A stretch of DNA of 64,000 nucleotides, taken from IMG/VR virus record IMGVR_UViG_3300032293_001441, positions 1,948 through 65,947 of that record. The stretch is one strand, 5' to 3'. The notes under the pieces are model-generated. The model did not search any database, was not told the DNA's origin, and saw only the letters and a program-made list of their open reading frames with translations. Positions 58,832 to 64,000 of the stretch are shown in pieces. Position numbers and translations under genes: made by a program. The stretch comes from a virus (taxonomy: Duplodnaviria > Caudoviricetes). Position 1 is the first letter of the stretch, and each line of letters starts with the position of its first letter.

Positions 58832-59020
58832 TTACTTCTGAATAAAACTGAATCGCACTAGCAGAAAAAGTGGAGAGGCAACGGGGCCATAATAAAGAAT
58901 AGCCTCGGCAATGCTAACATCAAGATATTCTTCTTTGGAATATGTACCAAATGCTAGTATGGCGGTGCAGATGCCAAACAGCGACCAAGTAGCGAGTAGT
59001 CCAAGGATAATGTCGATCAT
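58832..59020 (-). CDS. Small membrane protein (paralog-like of the previous gene)
   Basis: Two hydrophobic helices; shared W..FG...GP[VI] pattern. Confidence 0.7.
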   Translation of the reverse strand: MIDIILGLLATWSLFGICTAILAFGTYSKEEYLDVSIAEAILYYGPVASPLFLLVRFSFIQK

Positions 59021-59061
59021 TGGGGATAGACTACCTAAATTTTATAAAAAGTCAAGAACTA

Positions 59062-59274
59062 TTAGCGATCAATTTCGACCAAGATTGCCTTTTGCCAATC
59101 CCTGTCTGCGCTGAACCACATACTGAACAGTTCGTGATTAACATCACTGCTGCCAACTTCTTCAAATCCGTTGTTGACTAGGCGCTGACCGGCGCAACTG
59201 CGAAGAATGTTCTGAGTAATGATGCCCAGAAGATTGTATTGGCTGAAACACTCTTTCCAAGTTTCGTAGTTCAT
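59062..59274 (-). CDS. Hypothetical early protein
   Basis: 70 aa behind the repeated promoter. Confidence 0.7.
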   Translation of the reverse strand: MNYETWKECFSQYNLLGIITQNILRSCAGQRLVNNGFEEVGSSDVNHELFSMWFSADRDWQKAILVEIDR

Positions 59275-59307
59275 TGTGCTGGTAGAGTACTTAAATTTTA
59301 TAAAAAG

Positions 59308-59937
59308 TCAAGCAAGAACCAATTTTTTCTTGGGAGTCTTTAGATTAATATTTTTCATACCACGCCAAACCTTCAAAAGCATATACTTTTGATTCTTATA
59401 TTTCTTAAATCCCAACTTGGCCCAATGCTTGCGTAACTTTGCTCTGCGACGATTAATTTCTTCGTCGGTCTCGCCTTCTGTATCACAATAAAACGGGCTA
59501 GGCTTCACAGCAACAATTTCTCCGTGACCAACGTAATTGAGAATAAAATCGCGAATAACAACCAACCCAATGTTCATTCCACGATATTCTGGGTCAATTT
59601 TTATTGAATCAATGATGGTGAAATCATCAGAAGGAAAATCGTTATCGTTGACGATGTGTTCCTTGATTTCATAATCATCATTAAGTATTTCGTTAGCAAC
59701 ATCTGTTACCGTCTGGGTTACGTCCAATAGATCAAACAGTTGGGAGTCATCATCTTTGAAGCAACTATTTAACGCAACTTTGCAGATGCAAAACTCGCCA
59801 ATATCTTTGGTGCTAGCATCCGGCTGATATAAAAGAATACTTCCAGAAAACTCTGTGTAATAATCCGCACCGTCCCAGTCGCGAACCTTCTTACTAAATG
59901 AAACTCTATAAGAAATGTCCTCTTTGGTGATATCCAT
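59308..59937 (-). CDS. GNAT-fold acetyltransferase-like protein
   Basis: IDSIKIDPEYRGMNIG acetyl-CoA-binding motif A; W.KLGF motif B. Confidence 0.7.
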   Translation of the reverse strand: MDITKEDISYRVSFSKKVRDWDGADYYTEFSGSILLYQPDASTKDIGEFCICKVALNSCFKDDDSQLFDLLDVTQTVTDVANEILNDDYEIKEHIVNDNDFPSDDFTIIDSIKIDPEYRGMNIGLVVIRDFILNYVGHGEIVAVKPSPFYCDTEGETDEEINRRRAKLRKHWAKLGFKKYKNQKYMLLKVWRGMKNINLKTPKKKLVLA

Positions 59938-59983
59938 AGTATTGATAATGATAGACTACCTAAATTTTATAAAAAGTCAAGAG

Positions 59984-60112
59984 TTATTCCCAGCGATTCG
60001 CATATTTGTTTTTGCGATTGTATGCGCCCTTGCCCTTCTTGGGCTTGTGGACGACGCCACCAAGGTTGACACCGGAAGTGAAAACAGAGCGAAGTTTGGT
60101 ATTGATCTTCAT
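59984..60112 (-). CDS. ArfA-like (alternative ribosome rescue factor A-like) peptide, 42 aa
   Basis: Not in the track. MKINTKLRSVFTSGVNLGGVVHKPKKGKGAYNRKNKYANRWE, with its own repeated promoter. Confidence 0.65.
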   Translation of the reverse strand: MKINTKLRSVFTSGVNLGGVVHKPKKGKGAYNRKNKYANRWE

Positions 60113-60146
60113 TGTGCCAACAACTATGGCACTTTTTATAGAAAAG

Positions 60147-60353
60147 TCAAGAACTATCTTCGCGATCCATAATTGCTATTCTAAGTTTGGCATATTCACC
60201 CAGCCATAATGCCAGCATTTCTTGACTATTTTCTTTGACGGTGCCTGCCATTACAAGCAGCATACTTTGAGTATTTTTATCACCCAGTTCGCCAAATCTA
60301 TTTGCCAAATCTATCAGGCATTGCACCAGTTGATTTTTTGTATCTTCGTTCAT
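60147..60353 (-). CDS. Hypothetical protein
   Basis: 68-aa ORF. Confidence 0.65.
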   Translation of the reverse strand: MNEDTKNQLVQCLIDLANRFGELGDKNTQSMLLVMAGTVKENSQEMLALWLGEYAKLRIAIMDREDSS

Positions 60354-60517
60354 ACTTCACGAATCGTGGAGATTTCAGAATAATGAACGGGGTATTCATC
60401 TACTCCAATAATAACATATTCGCCAGCCACATTAGCATAGCCAGTAAAATATCTACCATCATTTGTGTGTAGATGAATATTCTTTTTGTTTAGCGAAAAT
60501 AGGTCGTTATTTTTCAT
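60350..60517 (-). CDS. Small hypothetical protein (55 aa)
   Basis: Not in the track. MKNNDLFSLNKKNIHLHTNDGRYFTG...ISTIREV, ATGA-coupled to the next gene. Confidence 0.6.
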   Translation of the reverse strand: MKNNDLFSLNKKNIHLHTNDGRYFTGYANVAGEYVIIGVDEYPVHYSEISTIREV

Positions 60518-60522
60518 ACGTT

Positions 60523-61278
60523 CTAATCTATCTGTAGTTCTTTTTTTGTCAAGGCTATACGTTCATTGGTTATGTTATAATACTTCAGGCTTATTTCACT
60601 ACCAATGTATTTTCTATTACTTTTTAGGCAAGATACTGCTACGGTGCCTGTGCCAGTAAATGGGTCATATACTATATCATCTACATTACTGAAGTTATGT
60701 ATTATTTTATTAGATAGTTCTAACGGAAAAGAAGCGCCGTGTTCTTTACTGAACTTTTCGCCTCTGCTTATTTGCCAGATATCTTCTAACTTGCCTCTGC
60801 CAAAATTACATTTCTTGAATTGGCGAGAAATAGCATTACTTTTCTCAAATACTAAAATAAGTTCGGTGCGTCTATTCAATACACCACTTTGCATAGATGG
60901 CTGACCGTGGTTTTTATCCCATACAATAATATCTTTTAGATGATTAGAAAACTCGCCAATCATCTTGAAAAAAGCAACCTTGCTGCCAGTTACAATCTGA
61001 ATGTTGTAAAAAACAATCTTGCTGGTTCTTATTAGTTCAGAAAGTATCTTGCTGTGCAGTCTATGAAAATCATCAATCGGTAGATTATCATCAAAGCCAA
61101 CATACTTTGTACTAAACTCTTCTTTGACTATTTGGCGGCTACAATACTTGCCATTACGAATTCTTAGATTCATATTGTATGGCGGCGAAGTAAATACCAA
61201 ATCAACAAAACTGTCTGGCATACGAGCCATCGTAGCCAGACAGTCCTCATTGTAAATCTTGTTCAGTTCAAGACTCAT
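60523..61278 (-). CDS. DNA methyltransferase (N4-C/N6-A, beta class)
   Basis: TSPPYN catalytic motif before DPFTGTGT SAM-binding motif; start refined to MSLELNK. Confidence 0.92.
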   Translation of the reverse strand: MSLELNKIYNEDCLATMARMPDSFVDLVFTSPPYNMNLRIRNGKYCSRQIVKEEFSTKYVGFDDNLPIDDFHRLHSKILSELIRTSKIVFYNIQIVTGSKVAFFKMIGEFSNHLKDIIVWDKNHGQPSMQSGVLNRRTELILVFEKSNAISRQFKKCNFGRGKLEDIWQISRGEKFSKEHGASFPLELSNKIIHNFSNVDDIVYDPFTGTGTVAVSCLKSNRKYIGSEISLKYYNITNERIALTKKELQID

Positions 61279-61816
61279 CTTCTTCTTCCAGATGCTCGAA
61301 CGGGTCAAAATCAAACTCGTCGATCACAAACTGGCGATACAACACCGTTTCTTCTTCATCTTCACAGTCATAACTAACCTCGTCATAATCCTCGCCAGCG
61401 ATTGTAAGACGACCAGCAAAACCAACTCCACACTCATAATACTTGTGAGTAAAACTCAGTTCTGGAAACAACGTGGATAGATACTTGGTTGCTTCAAGCG
61501 ACGGACCCCACGCACTATCAAAACTGTAATAGATGTTATTGTCGCTGGCAGTATCCTCGCTGGCCTCGATGTCCCACTTCGTACCCCAATACTTGACGTG
61601 CCAGTCGTACCAGTTGTCGGAACCATACTTTTCGATCAGTTCCTTGCTTTTGTCGGCTTGGGCCTCGGGGACAGGAGAAGTGGTCTCTTCCAGTTCCTGC
61701 GGCATAGGACGAATCTTCTGAAGCGTCAGCGGCTCGCCATTGAGCCACTCACGGAACTTGACGATGCCATCAGCATCACCATCAATAGACAACGTATTGA
61801 AACAATAGTTGGGCAT
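61268..61816 (-). CDS. DUF1281 / YubB ferredoxin-like domain protein
   Basis: MPNYCFN, WYDW...WGTKWD and FDSAWGP motifs. Confidence 0.8.
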   Translation of the reverse strand: MPNYCFNTLSIDGDADGIVKFREWLNGEPLTLQKIRPMPQELEETTSPVPEAQADKSKELIEKYGSDNWYDWHVKYWGTKWDIEASEDTASDNNIYYSFDSAWGPSLEATKYLSTLFPELSFTHKYYECGVGFAGRLTIAGEDYDEVSYDCEDEEETVLYRQFVIDEFDFDPFEHLEEEDES

Positions 61817-61849
61817 AGGAGAATAGATTGATGTACTTTTTATCTAATG

Positions 61850-62053
61850 TCAAGAACGATGTGGAGAAACTCGTTTGAGGCAAGTGCCATAGCCAGGTCG
61901 CCTCGTTGCCTTGTCGTGCGCCCTAGCCTGATCCTCGGTCATAAGCATCAGGCTCGGCGCGGTCTTGTGGTCAAAGACCAGACGCCCCACCAACCTTGGC
62001 TTTGGTCCGTTTAGGATGTCAGCCAAAGTGGCGGGAGGAACGATGTCACTCAT
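61850..62053 (-). CDS. Hypothetical protein
   Basis: Start refined to MSDIVPP, overlapping the upstream stop. Confidence 0.5.
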   Translation of the reverse strand: MSDIVPPATLADILNGPKPRLVGRLVFDHKTAPSLMLMTEDQARAHDKATRRPGYGTCLKRVSPHRS

Positions 62054-62345
62054 CGTCTCCGTAGTGACCATAGTCCTCGTCCGTGCCGAACCCAGCAGAG
62101 GCGAGGGCGTCGGCATCCGCCTCGGCGTCGGTCAGGAAGCCGTCAGACGGCTCGCTGTCGTTCCGATGGCAGATGAAGTTGAACACGCCGCCGTTGTGGA
62201 GGACATCCACCAGACCGTCGATGTCGTCGGAATAGATGGTCAGGTTGTCGAAGTCGAGTTCGTAGGTCGGGGTGGCGTCCAGTTCCAGCGTGGTGACCGC
62301 CAGAAGAAACAGACCCTTGTCAGCGAAGGTGAGGGAGGAGTTCAT
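62046..62345 (-). CDS. Acidic hypothetical phage protein
   Basis: C-terminal DADALASAGFGTDEDYG motif; start refined to MNSSLTF. Confidence 0.7.
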   Translation of the reverse strand: MNSSLTFADKGLFLLAVTTLELDATPTYELDFDNLTIYSDDIDGLVDVLHNGGVFNFICHRNDSEPSDGFLTDAEADADALASAGFGTDEDYGHYGDDE

Positions 62346-62388
62346 ACGAGGGAGCGTGGACATTTTTTATGAAAAGTCAAGCACAACC

Positions 62389-62556
62389 TTAAAAATTCGC
62401 ATAGCCAGATTCCACCCAAGAGTGGACCATCCGCTGCCACGAACCTTGCAGGTTCTTCCAAATGCCAGAGTCAACAAAGGATTGAACATTGTTCGTGAAG
62501 TCCTCGTTGCTCAACGTGCCGTTTTCAACGCCGATGATGAAGTCGATGTGATCCAT
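62389..62556 (-). CDS. Small hypothetical protein (55 aa)
   Basis: Not in the track. MDHIDFIIGVENGTL...IWKNLQGSWQR..., behind the repeated promoter. Confidence 0.7.
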   Translation of the reverse strand: MDHIDFIIGVENGTLSNEDFTNNVQSFVDSGIWKNLQGSWQRMVHSWVESGYANF

Positions 62557-62579
62557 AGTTAGAGTAGAATGACTAGTTT

Positions 62580-62765
62580 TTATAAAAAGTCAATCTGTTT
62601 GTGTGTCTTTTTCACAACTCGCTGAATAGCAAGGAAATGCTTACGAAGATCAGGATCGATTTTTGGCGATTGCATATCTTCAGCATTCCATTCAAGTATG
62701 GCACTCAGAGCACAAACTTGATGATGCGAAAGTTCAATCTTGTATTTTTTCTTTTTCAAAATCAT
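62580..62765 (-). CDS. Hypothetical protein
   Basis: 61-aa ORF. Confidence 0.55.
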   Translation of the reverse strand: MILKKKKYKIELSHHQVCALSAILEWNAEDMQSPKIDPDLRKHFLAIQRVVKKTHKQIDFL

Positions 62766-62802
62766 TGTGCGTTGACTGGTATGCGCACCCCACCGTGTTA
62801 AA

Positions 62803-63096
62803 TTACAAGACCTCGCAGCCCTTGAAGTAGCGACAGGCGCGGTCGTAGATAATGTCCCAATCAGCCTTCACGCTCTGTGGAAGATCAGCCTTGAAATGCG
62901 GGAAGTTGTCCGCTCGACCGATGGCGATCTCCATCGCCGTCGTGGGATTAAACGTGTCACCACGATTCGTGGCACACAGGCTGAAGCCGAGACCAATGGT
63001 GTTGTCGCTACGCTTGGTAGCGACGACAACGCCGACCTTCTCCCGCCGCCGATTGCGAACGTACTGGAAGATAGTATTGTTAGGAGGATTAGTCAT
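62803..63096 (-). CDS. Hypothetical phage protein
   Basis: Start refined to MTNPPNN; GFSLC...DTF...A..IA.GRA motif. Confidence 0.7.
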   Translation of the reverse strand: MTNPPNNTIFQYVRNRRREKVGVVVATKRSDNTIGLGFSLCATNRGDTFNPTTAMEIAIGRADNFPHFKADLPQSVKADWDIIYDRACRYFKGCEVL

Positions 63097-63130
63097 AATG
63101 CTGGTGAAGTTAGAAGTTTTTATAGAAATG

Positions 63131-63427
63131 TCAAGCAAAAGAGACTTTTCGCGTCTTAATTTCTTCTCCCGTTGAATAGTCACCAAACCCCACTTCGATG
63201 GTAGGAAACCCAATTTCATTATCGAGGACAACTTTGGTTTCACCATCTCTGCGCTCTTTGAGAAAATTGGTGGTGATGTGAACTTCACCATTAAGAAAAG
63301 TTACGTGTTCAATTTCGGCTTCGCTGGGATCACCCTCCTCGTCCAACTTGAAAAACAAATCTCTCTTGTTTTTAGCAGAAAGAATTGTGACGGTTCCGTT
63401 GGGCCACTTGGCGATGTAGATCTTCAT
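63131..63427 (-). CDS. Hypothetical protein
   Basis: 98 aa behind the repeated promoter. Confidence 0.7.
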   Translation of the reverse strand: MKIYIAKWPNGTVTILSAKNKRDLFFKLDEEGDPSEAEIEHVTFLNGEVHITTNFLKERRDGETKVVLDNEIGFPTIEVGFGDYSTGEEIKTRKVSFA

Positions 63428-63461
63428 AGTGTTAATAACCTTAGCAGATTTTTATAAAAAG

Positions 63462-63686
63462 TCAAGAATCTTTTTTGATCACCGGAGTGATGCTCTTGAA
63501 AAGGATGCTGGTCAGCAATAGCAACTTCAGCGAGTCAACATAGTTGATAGACTTTGCGCCAAACATACTCACAACTGTGCTGTTCCAAATCCATTCCACC
63601 AAAAATCCAGAGATAACAAATACGGCAACAACGCCGAAAATATTACCAACAAGTAATGCCAAAGCCTCTTTAGTTTTAATGTTCAT
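63462..63686 (-). CDS. Small membrane protein
   Basis: Start refined to MNIKTKE; hydrophobic helices, WIWN motif. Confidence 0.65.
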   Translation of the reverse strand: MNIKTKEALALLVGNIFGVVAVFVISGFLVEWIWNSTVVSMFGAKSINYVDSLKLLLLTSILFKSITPVIKKDS

Positions 63687-63730
63687 AGTAGATACGATGT
63701 GTGTTTTTATAGAAAAGTCAAGGAGTTTTT

Positions 63731-64000
63731 TTACCAATCAAACATAAGTGGTTTTCCTTGATACCAGCCAATGTTTCCAGTATGCAGGTCAGGAAATATA
63801 CCGTATTTAAGATACTTCTTGAGTTTGCCACGAAGAATCTGTAAAGCAAGCCTCAAATTTTTTCGTTCTGCAAGTGGTTGAAGAACATAACTTTCTTGAA
63901 GAAAATATGTAGGAAAGCGAAATTCCATTGGCGTGCGATGTTCAAGGATAAAAACGGGTCGCTTGATAACCACGCCAAGTTTCTTGTTGTAGAACCCGTC
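63731..64000 (-). CDS. Protein-kinase-like fold protein, C-terminal part (truncated by the window end)
   Basis: DLHTGNIG catalytic loop and FDW motif. Confidence 0.6.
   Translation of the reverse strand, partial: DGFYNKKLGVVIKRPVFILEHRTPMEFRFPTYFLQESYVLQPLAERKNLRLALQILRGKLKKYLKYGIFPDLHTGNIGWYQGKPLMFDW

Larger units (their letters stand above)
58550..63722 (-). promoter_or_regulatory. Array of about 12 repeated early promoters, consensus CTTGAC[TA]TTT[TC]TA[TG]AAAA-...-TA[GC]TCT
   Basis: Copies ending (+ coordinates of the -35 end) near 58579, 58831, 59056, 59312, 59981, 60151, 61854, 62381, 62593, 63135, 63466 and 63722, each upstream of a gene. Confidence 0.85.

Noticed and set aside
60523-61278. 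Restriction-modification system
   Set aside because: No adjacent endonuclease is recognisable; treated as an orphan MTase.
58550-63722. Repeated 30-bp motif as CRISPR repeats or attC-like sites
   Set aside because: Copies are separated by whole genes and have -35/-10 geometry directly upstream of starts; no integrase is seen.
1-64000. Stop-codon reassignment, tRNA genes, introns/inteins, or a diversity-generating retroelement
   Set aside because: Genes are full-length in the standard code, and TAA, TGA and TAG all act as stops. No cloverleaf, intein motif or reverse transcriptase was recognised by eye; a tRNAscan/Infernal run would be needed to exclude RNA genes formally.

Overview
This window is part of a large, AT-rich, myovirus-like (jumbo-type) dsDNA phage genome, with almost all genes on the minus strand. 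From left to right it carries: (i) an Mre11-Rad50 (SbcD-SbcC / gp47-gp46) fusion, a primase and a RuvC resolvase; (ii) a tail/baseplate module (FG-GAP protein, gp6/J-like wedge, gp25, gp5-like spike) and a gp55-like sigma factor; (iii) host-type genes (peptide deformylase, secreted Ig-domain protein, Hsp20, HD hydrolase, PhoH); (iv) two cassettes totalling eight glycosyltransferase-like genes plus a methyltransferase, interleaved with mucin-like Thr/Pro-rich proteins, three of which share an N-terminal module; (v) a non-coding AT-rich then G/C-tract element near 56.1-56.5 kb; and (vi) many small early-type genes, each behind a repeated sigma70-like promoter and often leaderless. The best candidate for a new system is a phage-encoded cytoplasmic protein O-glycosylation pathway acting on mucin-like virion appendages. 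Other highlights are an unannotated ArfA-like peptide, a promoter/terminator-bounded small RNA candidate, a sigma54 promoter on hsp20 and a TATTTATA late-type motif. The supplied ORF track gives the wrong strand for 52986..53636 (it is +). All family assignments come from motif recognition by eye; no database searches were run.
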